34,321 bases of DNA, from NCBI GenBank assembly GCA_018302685.1, contig JAGVZK010000009.1, positions 1 through 34,321 on the forward strand, read 5' to 3'. The DNA is from Candidatus Woesearchaeota archaeon. GTDB taxonomy: Archaea; Nanobdellota; Nanobdellia; SCGC-AAA011-G17; GW2011-AR20. Shown one piece after another: positions 8,546-16,791 of this stretch. The stretch's first letter is position 1. Each line of letters opens with the position of its first letter. The position numbers and the translations under genes were made by a program. Under the pieces are notes generated by a model. It saw only the letters and a list, made by a program, of their open reading frames with translations. It had not been told where the DNA came from and did no database searches.

Positions 8546-8829
8546 TATTCTTCAGCTTCCTCATCATAGTTAGGGATAGCAGCTTTTGAAATCACCATAA
8601 CATCCCCAACCGCCTTAACGAGCTGGTGTGGAATGATAACTCCCTTTGCCCCGCCAAGAATTTTTGACAAAGCCGATGTCTTGGTTGCTTTTACCTTCCA
8701 TCCATAAACCTTGTTTGAGGCCACTATTGCCTCTTCAATGTCTCCGAAATAGGAACCCTCATCAGTAAAAACCTTCATATCGTACGTAGATGTTATATTT
8801 TTTGTTTTTAGCATATTTACTACCTCCAT
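8545..8829 (-). CDS. PRC-barrel-like small protein
   Basis: The pattern V.T.EG..LG.I....V......V....V over about 90 aa (MKVFTDEGSYFGDIEEAIVASNKVYGWKV...) is typical of archaeal PRC-barrel proteins. The internal GGAGGT at 8826-8821 suggests the true start may be ATG 8814 (MLKTKN). It is the first gene of the operon containing the three paralogs. Confidence 0.55.
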   Translation of the reverse strand: MEVVNMLKTKNITSTYDMKVFTDEGSYFGDIEEAIVASNKVYGWKVKATKTSALSKILGGAKGVIIPHQLVKAVGDVMVISKAAIPNYDEEAEE

Positions 8830-8878
8830 TTATTTTCTAATTGATATGATTTAAATATTTAAAGATTTCTCTTTCCGT

Positions 8879-9550
8879 ATGAAAACTTATCAAAATCTGA
8901 CGATTCTTGGAACATCCCACATATCCAAAGAAAGCGTTGAATTAATTGGAAGCTTTGTTGGCAAGAACAAGCCAGAAATCATTGCTGTTGAGCTTGACAA
9001 GAGAAGATTAGTGGGCTTATTGAGCGAATCAAGAATGAATTTTAAGGACATTTTTGAGTGGGGCGTCGGTCCATTTTTAATAGGAATTATCGGAAGCTGG
9101 ATTCAGAAGAAACTTGGGAACATAGTCAATGTCAAGCCTGGCTCTGATATGTTAAAAGCTGTTGAAATGGCCAAAAACAATAATCTGAGGCTTTCTTTGA
9201 TAGACCAGGATGCGAGGATTACGCTGAAAAAACTGGTCAAAAACTTTTCGTGGAAAGAGAAGGGCAATCTGCTTTATGACTTAACGTTGGGGATGGTTTT
9301 CAGAAAAAAACCGATGAAGAGCTTTGACCTGAAAAAAGTCCCTTCAGGCAAATTAATCCAGGAGTTGCTGGAGATTATCAGGGGAAGGTATCCCTCAATC
9401 TACAATGTCCTGATTGAGGAGAGGAATTATGTCATGTCAAAAAATTTATATAAACTCATGAGCAAGTATCCTGATAAGAAAATACTAGCTGTTGTTGGTG
9501 CAGGCCATGAAGAAGGGATTTTTGAAATCATCAAAGGAATTAAGGCATAG
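8879..9550 (+). CDS. TraB/PrgY/Tiki-superfamily protein
   Basis: Family hallmarks present are ILGTSHISKESV near the N-terminus, AVELDKRR, and AVVGAGHEEGI near the C-terminus. The length is 223 aa. Confidence 0.8.
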   Translation: MKTYQNLTILGTSHISKESVELIGSFVGKNKPEIIAVELDKRRLVGLLSESRMNFKDIFEWGVGPFLIGIIGSWIQKKLGNIVNVKPGSDMLKAVEMAKNNNLRLSLIDQDARITLKKLVKNFSWKEKGNLLYDLTLGMVFRKKPMKSFDLKKVPSGKLIQELLEIIRGRYPSIYNVLIEERNYVMSKNLYKLMSKYPDKKILAVVGAGHEEGIFEIIKGIKA

Positions 9551-10277
9551 CCTTTTTGCTGTTGTCTTTCTTGCCATTATATTTGGATTCAATGATCCAA
9601 GTGATGTGTTTACCCTGAGTTCTTGGCTTGGCAACCTGTTAATAATATTGGTGTTGGCGGCAATCACACTCTTTATACACATCATCTCTTCCAAACTGGC
9701 GGCCAGCCATTTTGATCAGAAGGCTGAATTAAGAATCTGGGGCATGGAGAAAATAAAATTTAATATTCTTGGGATGATTAAGGTCAATTCAAAAATTGAC
9801 TGGAATATTCTGGGCTTCAAGGTAAAATTCATTCCCTTTGGAATACTAATCGGCCTGCTTCTTACACTAATGTCGATGGGAACTTTTTACTTTACTTCAT
9901 TGACAACAATCGTCCTTAATAAAACCCAGAGAATAGGGGATGAGTATCTTTATCTTAGGGAGAAGAACGAAGCTCTCATCTATGTCTGGAGTTTAGCCGG
10001 AAATCTTGCATTGATTGCGATTTTCAGCCTTTTGGAGATTCATCAAGGGGTTGTCATAGGAAGTTATTTTGTTCTGTGGAGCCTGCTCCCAGTTTCTGAT
10101 CTTCTTGGGGCGAAGATATTCTTCAACAACAGAATACTGTATGTTTTCTTTTTAGTGTTTATACTGCTCTTTTTGCTGTTGTTAGGAATAATTAATCTGG
10201 CCTGGCTGGTTGTAATATGCCTTGTTTTTGCATTTTTGATAACTCTTTGGTACTTTTTAAAAATAGAATATAAATAA
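9507..10277 (+). CDS. polytopic membrane protein; M50 (site-2 protease)-like with a degenerate active site
   Basis: The sequence has FIHIISSKLAASHF where M50 has HExxH (HIISS at 9678-9692). A later LLPVSDLLGAKIF resembles the NxxPxxxLDGG motif. Possible starts are TTG 9492/9495, GTG 9498 and ATG 9507, and all of them overlap the traB 3' end. Confidence 0.5.
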   Translation: MKKGFLKSSKELRHSLFAVVFLAIIFGFNDPSDVFTLSSWLGNLLIILVLAAITLFIHIISSKLAASHFDQKAELRIWGMEKIKFNILGMIKVNSKIDWNILGFKVKFIPFGILIGLLLTLMSMGTFYFTSLTTIVLNKTQRIGDEYLYLREKNEALIYVWSLAGNLALIAIFSLLEIHQGVVIGSYFVLWSLLPVSDLLGAKIFFNNRILYVFFLVFILLFLLLLGIINLAWLVVICLVFAFLITLWYFLKIEYK

Positions 10278-10305
10278 TTATAAATCATTTAGTTTAGGAA
10301 GAAAT

Positions 10306-12486
10306 ATGGATTTGAAAGATTTTAAGCCGAGGCTTTATCAGGAGAATATAGCTTACACTGCCCTGACTAAAAATACACTTGTTGTTCTTCCGACCGGCCT
10401 CGGGAAAACTGCAATAGCTATGATGCTGGCCAGTGAGAGGCTGAAGAATTTTAAGGACTCGAAAATTCTGATTTTGGCGCCGTCGAAGCCGCTGGTTGCC
10501 CAGCATTTTAAGACGTTTAAGAAGTATATTGATCTGCCAATGGAAATATTTACTGGCGAGGTCAAGCCTGAGCTGAGGAAAAAATTATACATGGAAAATA
10601 CACTCATCTTTTCAACCCCCCAGACTGTGGCCAATGACATTGCAAATAAGAGAATAGACCTCAATGGCTTTTCGCTGGCAGTCTTTGATGAGGCCCATAA
10701 GGCGGTTGGCAATTATGATTATGTGTCAATCGCCGGAGAATTTGCCAGAAAGTCAAGCTATCCGAGAATTTTAGGATTGACTGCTTCTCCTGGGAGCGAC
10801 AAGGCCAAGATTGAAGAGGTCATCAAAAACCTTTTTATCGAGGAGATTGAAATAAGAACAAATCTCGACGATGATGTGAGGCCCTATGTTCAGGATGTTG
10901 AAATTGACTGGATCAAAGTTGACTTGCCTGAAAGCTTTTTGGAGGTTGGCAATTTCCTGAAAACTTCTCTGAGCCACAGATTAAAAGAATTGAAAGGCTG
11001 GGGGCTGATTGGCAGGTCCCAGGATCAGGTTGGGAAGAAACAGCTGCTTGAGCTGCAGGCAAGGCTGCATGGAAAAATTGCCCAGGGGATAAAAGACGCA
11101 AGAATGTGGAGCGGAATCAGCATCTGTGCACAGTGCCTGAAAATAAACCATTCAATTGAGCTGCTTGAAAGCCAGGGACTCGACGGGCTTTATAGATACA
11201 TGAATGATATTTTTGATTCCGCAGAGAAGACAAGCGTCAAGGCAGTCAAGAGCCTTGTCAAAGACATCAACTTCAAGTCGGCATTTATCAAAACCAAAAA
11301 TCTCTATGAAGAGAGGGTGATCCATCCGAAGATGATAAAGCTTGGAGAGATAATTGCCGAGGAAGCCGGTGAAGATTTCAAGTGCATTGTTTTCACCCAA
11401 TACAGAGAGTCTGCAAAGATGATATCAGAGCACATTGAAAAGATTCCCGGAATCAGGCCGAAAGTTTTTGTTGGGCAGCTGAAGAAAGAGGGGCTTGGAA
11501 TGAGCCAGAAAGAACAGATGGAAGTGATCAAAGATTTCAGCGAAAGGAAAATCAATGTCCTTATATCAACTAACATCGGCGAGGAAGGCCTCGATATTCC
11601 CGAAGTCGATCTTGTTGTTTTTTATGAGCCCATACCATCCGGAATAAGGGCCATCCAAAGGAGGGGCAGGACAGGGAGGCAGAGCAAGGGGAAAATAATA
11701 ATCCTCATAGCCAAGAATACAAGAGATGAGGCCTATCATTGGACGTCATTGAATAAAGAGAAGAAAATGCACAGCCTGATCAAGAGTTTCAGCGAGAAGA
11801 TTGCCCTGGAAAAACAGCCGACATTAAATGACTTCAAAGAGAACAGCAAAACTAAAGTGATAGTTGACCATCGTGAAAGGAAAGTGGCCGATGAATTAAT
11901 GGACATTGATGTTGATGTTGAAATCAAAGAGCTGAAGGCAGGAGATTTTGTCCTCAGCGACAAGGTTGGGGTCGAGCTTAAGACAAAAAATGATTTCGTC
12001 GCTTCAATGATTGACGGGAGACTCAACAATCAGCTCAAGCTTTTGAGAGAGAACTTTGAAATTCCCCTCCTGATTGTTCAAGGAGAGGATGATATTTACT
12101 CAATCAGAAACGTTCATCCAAATGCGATAAGAGGGATGCTTGCCACAATCTCTGTCAGCTATGGAATTCCCATAATATACTCAAAAAATGCGAAGGATAC
12201 AGCCGGGATTCTAAAGATTGTTGCAAAAAGGGAGCAGGATCCTAATTTTAAATCCTTCAACTTAAGAAATGAAAGGAAGCCACTGACTTCGAAAGAGCTG
12301 AAAGAGTACATTGTTGAAAGCCTGCCAGGCATTGGAAGAAACCTTAGCAGGAATCTGCTTGAAGAATTTAAATCCGTCAGAAAAATATTCAATGCGGACG
12401 TTGAGGAGCTAAAGAGGGTTGATAAAATAGGAAAGAAGAAGGCAGAGAGCATAAAGAAAATCATTGATGAGGAATATCAATTATAG
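10306..12486 (+). CDS. hef: Hef: helicase-associated endonuclease for fork-structured DNA (SF2 helicase + ERCC4/XPF nuclease + HhH2)
   Basis: Helicase motifs are LPTGLGKT, FDEAHKAVG, LTASPG and QRRGRTGR. The ERCC4 domain shows VDHRER...GDFVLSDKVGVELKTKNDFVASMIDGRLNNQL. The C-terminal HhH region reads LPGIGRNLSRNLLEEF...VDKIGKKKAESI. Confidence 0.9.
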   Translation: MDLKDFKPRLYQENIAYTALTKNTLVVLPTGLGKTAIAMMLASERLKNFKDSKILILAPSKPLVAQHFKTFKKYIDLPMEIFTGEVKPELRKKLYMENTLIFSTPQTVANDIANKRIDLNGFSLAVFDEAHKAVGNYDYVSIAGEFARKSSYPRILGLTASPGSDKAKIEEVIKNLFIEEIEIRTNLDDDVRPYVQDVEIDWIKVDLPESFLEVGNFLKTSLSHRLKELKGWGLIGRSQDQVGKKQLLELQARLHGKIAQGIKDARMWSGISICAQCLKINHSIELLESQGLDGLYRYMNDIFDSAEKTSVKAVKSLVKDINFKSAFIKTKNLYEERVIHPKMIKLGEIIAEEAGEDFKCIVFTQYRESAKMISEHIEKIPGIRPKVFVGQLKKEGLGMSQKEQMEVIKDFSERKINVLISTNIGEEGLDIPEVDLVVFYEPIPSGIRAIQRRGRTGRQSKGKIIILIAKNTRDEAYHWTSLNKEKKMHSLIKSFSEKIALEKQPTLNDFKENSKTKVIVDHRERKVADELMDIDVDVEIKELKAGDFVLSDKVGVELKTKNDFVASMIDGRLNNQLKLLRENFEIPLLIVQGEDDIYSIRNVHPNAIRGMLATISVSYGIPIIYSKNAKDTAGILKIVAKREQDPNFKSFNLRNERKPLTSKELKEYIVESLPGIGRNLSRNLLEEFKSVRKIFNADVEELKRVDKIGKKKAESIKKIIDEEYQL

Positions 12487-12505
12487 AGGGGTTTGAATAA
12501 CCCCC
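12486..12505. repeat. IS terminal inverted repeat, left (GAGGGGTTTGAATAACCCCC)
   Basis: It is the exact reverse complement of 13696-13715. Confidence 0.95.
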
Positions 12506-12621
12506 TAAAATAGTATTTGTGCCTTGTTTTTCTATAATGCGCTCAGAATTTTTTAGTTATTGCACTGTTTTTTATGGTATTGGGAGTGATTTTTTTCCGA
12601 TTTTTGCATATTTATGAGAGC

Positions 12622-13608
12622 TCACGCTAGCCCTCTTTTTTTCAGTGTAACAAGTTGATATAAGTTAAATGCCATACATTTGAACATTTCTTTGATGCTC
12701 ACGCGTCCGAGTGTTTTTACAAATGTTCTTCCTCCCTTAAATATTCTTTTTATTACAGCGTACTGTCGTTCTCCTGGTGCTCGTATTCGTGATATTGCTT
12801 TGTTATAGAGTTGTTCTCCGCCATTGAGCTTTTTGTTTTTTGTTGCTTTCTTCATTGTCTTATCAAGAACATTGCCTGCGGCAATGTTCGCTCCAGCATA
12901 ACCTTTGTCGCGGTATGCTGCAATATCTCCATCTTTAATAAGATCTATCTGGGAATCATGAAGTGATGCAGTTGTGACTTTGTATGACCGTATGAGATCA
13001 TAGTCAGCATCTATTTTCGTATGGTTTTTGTATCCATAATGTACTTGCCCATGTTTGATACTGAAGCTTCCATCATTGTCCATATGACTTTTTTGTTGTT
13101 CTGTGTACTCAATAGTTTCCCCTTTCTTTTCTGCTTTTTTTTCTATGTAATGTCTTTTTCTTCCAAGATCAGCCTCTATGAAAGTGGCATCTTGGATTAC
13201 ACCTTTTTTAATCTCGTATCCTTTCTTATTGAGTTGTCGTTGTACTTCCTTCCATATTCTTTGTTCAGCACGAGAATTTCTAAGTCGTTCCCTTATCTTC
13301 CAGACCGTTGAAAAGTCTGGAATATTCTCGGGAAAGTCAAGGAAGTTTCTGAATGAAAGACGATCATGGCACTGAAATTCTAGCTCTTCATCGCTAAGAT
13401 TATACCACGCTTGTAATAGCATAACACGAACAACAATAATCTCATCAGTATGTGGCCTTCCACCGATTATTGGATTGTCATGGAATACGCTACTAACTAT
13501 TGGAATGAATGGTTTCCAATTGAACTGTTCTTTCATAATTTTAAGACGATCACCTAGCCCACTTACTTTCTTGTATTGTTCTTGAAGAATAAATTTGTTA
13601 AAACTCAT
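12622..13608 (-). CDS. IS5-family DDE transposase
   Basis: The N-terminal InsH-like region reads GGRPHTDEIIVVRVMLLQAWYNLSDEELEFQCHDRLSFRNFLDF...PDFSTVWKIRERL. Candidate DDE residues sit in DATFIEAD, YRDKGYAG and ERQYAVIKRIF. Confidence 0.9.
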   Translation of the reverse strand: MSFNKFILQEQYKKVSGLGDRLKIMKEQFNWKPFIPIVSSVFHDNPIIGGRPHTDEIIVVRVMLLQAWYNLSDEELEFQCHDRLSFRNFLDFPENIPDFSTVWKIRERLRNSRAEQRIWKEVQRQLNKKGYEIKKGVIQDATFIEADLGRKRHYIEKKAEKKGETIEYTEQQKSHMDNDGSFSIKHGQVHYGYKNHTKIDADYDLIRSYKVTTASLHDSQIDLIKDGDIAAYRDKGYAGANIAAGNVLDKTMKKATKNKKLNGGEQLYNKAISRIRAPGERQYAVIKRIFKGGRTFVKTLGRVSIKEMFKCMAFNLYQLVTLKKRGLA

Positions 13609-13695
13609 ATTATCTCACCTCAATCTTATCGACGATAAACTACTATTTATATCTTGTGAAATCATCGGGAGAAATAATTTTGTTATCCTTGCTTG

Positions 13696-13715
13696 GGGGG
13701 TTATTCAAACCCCTC
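13696..13715. repeat. IS terminal inverted repeat, right (GGGGGTTATTCAAACCCCTC)
   Basis: It is the exact reverse complement of 12486-12505. Confidence 0.95.
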
Positions 13716-14542
13716 TATAATATTCCCGCAAGCTTCATTGCCCTGGCCATTCTGGTTATTCCAATACCGCCCCCAAATCTTGGAGTCATTTCAAAGCTTA
13801 AATAGTTTTGAAGCTCTGACATCACCCTTTCCTTTCCAAATTTTTCAAATAGCAGCCTGGCGTATTCTCCATTGCTTATTGTTTCGAAGTTTTCCCTCAT
13901 TTCTTTTGCGTTGCAACTTCTTTCTGCTGATCCTATCGTTTCCATTCCATACAATATCACATCAATTTTATTGAAAATTCCATTTTGATGATGCTTCATA
14001 TTCCAGAACGGGTGAGTATGCTGCGGGAATCTTGTCAGAAATACAACATTTCCTATGTCTTTCCACATCTTTTCCTCATGCTCTGCCGTTAATTCCCTTA
14101 CCCCATATTTTTCTGACAGTTCATTATACTCTACCGATGCTTCCCCAGAAAACCCCAAATATTTTAGTACATCTTTTTCCATGGAAGTTAGATTTTGTAT
14201 ATCCCCCCTTCCTTCAAATTCAAACATAGGGAATACCTTGTCATGTCTGCCTTCTATTGGATTTGGTTCATCTCTATAGCTTGTCGTTATGCAAAAAACA
14301 CCTCTTATCGAGAGATCTTTTAGAAGCTCATGCTCCAACCACATCTGCCCTGTTTGTGGCAATGGAAATTCCTCTCCATTAAACTTAAATTTGCAAATTG
14401 TTTTTGGGTCTTCGCAGGCTGCTAGAATTGACAGTCTTGATTGTGCTGGAACTTCTATGAATCCTTTTTCAAGAAAAAAAGCCCTTAGTTTATTTACAAT
14501 AGTGTTGTATGCCCTAATATCTTTCATTTTAAACACCTCCAT
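13715..14542 (-). CDS. class II aaRS catalytic-core paralog without an anticodon-binding domain; archaeal AsnRS-like asparagine synthetase A candidate
   Basis: Motif 1 is KGFIEVPAQS, motif 2 is TSYRDEPNPIEGRHDKVFPMFEFE and motif 3 is FGGGIGITRMARA. At only 275 aa it has no N-terminal OB domain. The stop codon TAG is formed across the IS junction. Confidence 0.65.
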   Translation of the reverse strand: MEVFKMKDIRAYNTIVNKLRAFFLEKGFIEVPAQSRLSILAACEDPKTICKFKFNGEEFPLPQTGQMWLEHELLKDLSIRGVFCITTSYRDEPNPIEGRHDKVFPMFEFEGRGDIQNLTSMEKDVLKYLGFSGEASVEYNELSEKYGVRELTAEHEEKMWKDIGNVVFLTRFPQHTHPFWNMKHHQNGIFNKIDVILYGMETIGSAERSCNAKEMRENFETISNGEYARLLFEKFGKERVMSELQNYLSFEMTPRFGGGIGITRMARAMKLAGIL

Positions 14543-14606
14543 TTAGCAGAAATCATTCCAATGCAGAGAATTTTGGAAAACACCTTAAAATTTAAATGGA
14601 TATTTT

Positions 14607-15146
14607 TTAGTATTTAAGGTTTGTTATTGTGGAGGCTCTGTATGCCTCCAATATTTCATATTTGGCGCCGTCCTTTGACAGGATGCTTTTCATTAATTCG
14701 AACGAGTTTATCCCAAACTTTAATTTTTTAACTTCTGCCTTCAGCTTTTCTTCAAACATCTTTTTATCTTTTATTGACTTTATCCTAGCTAAAGTTATGT
14801 GAAATGAAAAATCATGAATGTTTGGAAATTCAATCACCTGCTCGTCTATTTTCCTGGCCAAGCTAAGGACTTTCTCGTTTGGCTTTATGTTAACCCACAA
14901 TACCCTGCTGTTAAAGTGCCCAAGTTCATCCAATGAAGTTTCAAATGAACTAAACTTCACGCTTGACAGCCTCTCCTTTATCTCCTCTAGTTTGTCTTCT
15001 TTTATTTCACCAAAAAATTTCATTGTTATATGATACTTGCTTTTTGCTGTGAAATTGAATTTTCCAAGGCCCCTGAATTCGTCTTTCAGCTCAAATAAAT
15101 AGTCCTTGACTTGCTTGGGGAGGTTTATTGCTATGAAGAGTCTCAT
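14607..15146 (-). CDS. thpR: RNA 2',3'-cyclic phosphodiesterase / 2'-5' RNA ligase (2H family)
   Basis: It has two H-x-T-x motifs (YHITMKF and FHITLAR), starts MRLFIAI, and is 179 aa long. Confidence 0.85.
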   Translation of the reverse strand: MRLFIAINLPKQVKDYLFELKDEFRGLGKFNFTAKSKYHITMKFFGEIKEDKLEEIKERLSSVKFSSFETSLDELGHFNSRVLWVNIKPNEKVLSLARKIDEQVIEFPNIHDFSFHITLARIKSIKDKKMFEEKLKAEVKKLKFGINSFELMKSILSKDGAKYEILEAYRASTITNLKY

Positions 15147-15352
15147 GGTGAGTGATTAATTGTCTTTGCTGTTATACTATTTTTAGATAATAACTTCCCA
15201 ATGTCTTTTAAATCAAGGCAATAAACAATCTTTCCTTTAAACTCATTAGTCGTCCTTGAGAAAGATTTTGCAAAAATTATGTAATTTTTATTTCTATTCC
15301 ACCATTTTATTTTTTTTGCCATTTCTTTTAGTTTATTCAAAATTCTCAACAC
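15143..15352 (-). CDS. small basic hypothetical protein
   Basis: Its stop overlaps the thpR start as ATGA (15143-15146), which suggests operon membership between tyrS and thpR. The start is uncertain (GTG 15352 or ATG 15322). No recognisable motif was found. Confidence 0.4.
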   Translation of the reverse strand: MLRILNKLKEMAKKIKWWNRNKNYIIFAKSFSRTTNEFKGKIVYCLDLKDIGKLLSKNSITAKTINHSP

Positions 15353-15398
15353 ATTGGCATTTTCCTGCTATTTGCATTCCTCAAATAAAATTTCCATT

Positions 15399-16403
15399 TT
15401 ATTTGTAAGCTTTTTTATATAGGATGTGCAACTCTTTGTTTCCTCTGAAGTTTTTTAACAATTCGTTTATTTCTACGGCAACAGCATTCTTCAAGTCTGA
15501 TGGATGCAATTTTTTATCCACAAAATCTTTTTCTATTTCTTTATAATTAGAATACTTTACATCTCCTCCGAATTTTTTTGGCCTTTCAACAACAAATTTT
15601 TCTTTTTTATCCTCTTTTAACACCATTATAAAATATTGCAACAAAGCCATTATCCCATTATTTGGATCTCCTTCGGCGCACTCGGCATTATTCACCTTTT
15701 TTCTTACTATTTCCTCATCATTTAATAAATCAATTTTTGTGGATTCAATGCTTGAACTCATCTTTTCCCCAATTAATCCCCGGATCATTGGGGACATTAT
15801 TTCTACTCTTTGTTTATATCCAATTTTGGGAAGATTTTCTCTCGCATAAACCATTATCTTTCTCTGGTCTAATCCTGCAAATTGGATGTCAGTTTTTAGA
15901 TATTCTTCATCCAATGCCTGCATTAATGGATAAATGAGATTCCCTAATTTTGGGTTATCAGACATTTTTACAACTTCGGAAGCTGCTTTTTTGCAATCAT
16001 GAATGTTTGAGATCATACTTAATTTTAAAATATCATTGAGATAATTCCCATTAAGCTGCAGATTGCTGCCCTTTACAAATTCCAACTTTTTTATGTTTAC
16101 TCCAATTGTTTTCAGAATAGTTATTATTGCTCTTTGATAGTATTCGAATCTTGCCTCCAAGATGTCCCAGGGAACTCCGTTTAGTGCCGCATGAAGATCT
16201 GCTATCAGTATCTTAACTTTTAATCCCGCCCTTAGAAAATCTGCAATCTTCAGCATGTGGAAAAAATAAGCTATTGAAATACTTCCTGTGGGCATGGTTC
16301 CCCAATAAACAGAGATTTCCATTTTTTTCTTTAATAGTTCATTTAATTCTTCTTCCATTAAAATTTCGGCTGTATTCCTTTTAATCAATTCAAGCTTATC
16401 CAT
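15399..16403 (-). CDS. tyrS: tyrosyl-tRNA synthetase, archaeal type
   Basis: It is collinear with my recollection of M. jannaschii TyrRS (MDxxExIKRNTxEI..., ADLHA, NPK...IYPxMQ, KMSSS, RPxKFGGD, LHPxDLKNAVA). KMSSS is present, but the HIGH position reads SIAY. Confidence 0.9.
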   Translation of the reverse strand: MDKLELIKRNTAEILMEEELNELLKKKMEISVYWGTMPTGSISIAYFFHMLKIADFLRAGLKVKILIADLHAALNGVPWDILEARFEYYQRAIITILKTIGVNIKKLEFVKGSNLQLNGNYLNDILKLSMISNIHDCKKAASEVVKMSDNPKLGNLIYPLMQALDEEYLKTDIQFAGLDQRKIMVYARENLPKIGYKQRVEIMSPMIRGLIGEKMSSSIESTKIDLLNDEEIVRKKVNNAECAEGDPNNGIMALLQYFIMVLKEDKKEKFVVERPKKFGGDVKYSNYKEIEKDFVDKKLHPSDLKNAVAVEINELLKNFRGNKELHILYKKAYK

Positions 16404-16446
16404 ATTTTCAATATCTTTTTATATTATTATAAATTTATCTATATGC
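16404..16446. promoter_or_regulatory. divergent promoter spacer between tyrS and the OB-fold gene
   Basis: The 43-nt AT-rich spacer contains ctttttatatt and ttataaattta, both TATA-like boxes, each within about 30 nt of a start codon. Confidence 0.35.
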
Positions 16447-16791
16447 ATGAATGAAAAGCAGCTTTTATCCGTCTCATTTATTTTTTCTTTGATTGGCATT
16501 TTGATTATTCTCCTGATATCCTATGTGTTTCAGCCTGAGCTCTATAAAATATCAGAGCTGAGCAAAGAGAATGTTGATGAGATTGTAAGGGTCAAGGGGA
16601 ACATAGAGTCCTTTTATGAGACTCCAGGGCTTTACCTGATAAACCTGGTTGATGATTCTGCAAGAATCACTGTTGTTGTCTTTAAGGAAAACGAAATGAA
16701 CCTGGTTGAGGGAGAGCTTATTGAAGTAAAAGGCAGCGTTGTGGAATATGGGGATGAAATAGAGATAATTGCCAAAGAAGTTGTTTTATGA
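16447..16791 (+). CDS. membrane-anchored OB-fold protein
   Basis: An N-terminal TM helix (LLSVSFIFSLIGILIILLISYVF) is followed by VRVKGNIES...ITVVVF...GELIEVKGSVVEYGDEIEI, a pattern typical of tRNA_anti-like OB folds. Confidence 0.6.
   Translation: MNEKQLLSVSFIFSLIGILIILLISYVFQPELYKISELSKENVDEIVRVKGNIESFYETPGLYLINLVDDSARITVVVFKENEMNLVEGELIEVKGSVVEYGDEIEIIAKEVVL

Larger units (their letters stand above)
12486..13715 (-). mobile_element. IS5-family insertion sequence, intact (1230 bp)
   Basis: It has perfect 20-bp terminal inverted repeats, a single DDE transposase ORF, and a flanking TATA on both sides (12482-12485 and 13716-19), consistent with a 4-bp target-site duplication. Because TATA is palindromic, TA is also possible. 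Confidence 0.9.

Noticed and set aside
12506-13695. The IS interior could carry passenger or second ORFs (plus-strand ORFs 13021-13311 and 13178-13375).
   Set aside because: These are antisense to the uninterrupted transposase ORF, and the element size fits a single-ORF IS5-family member.
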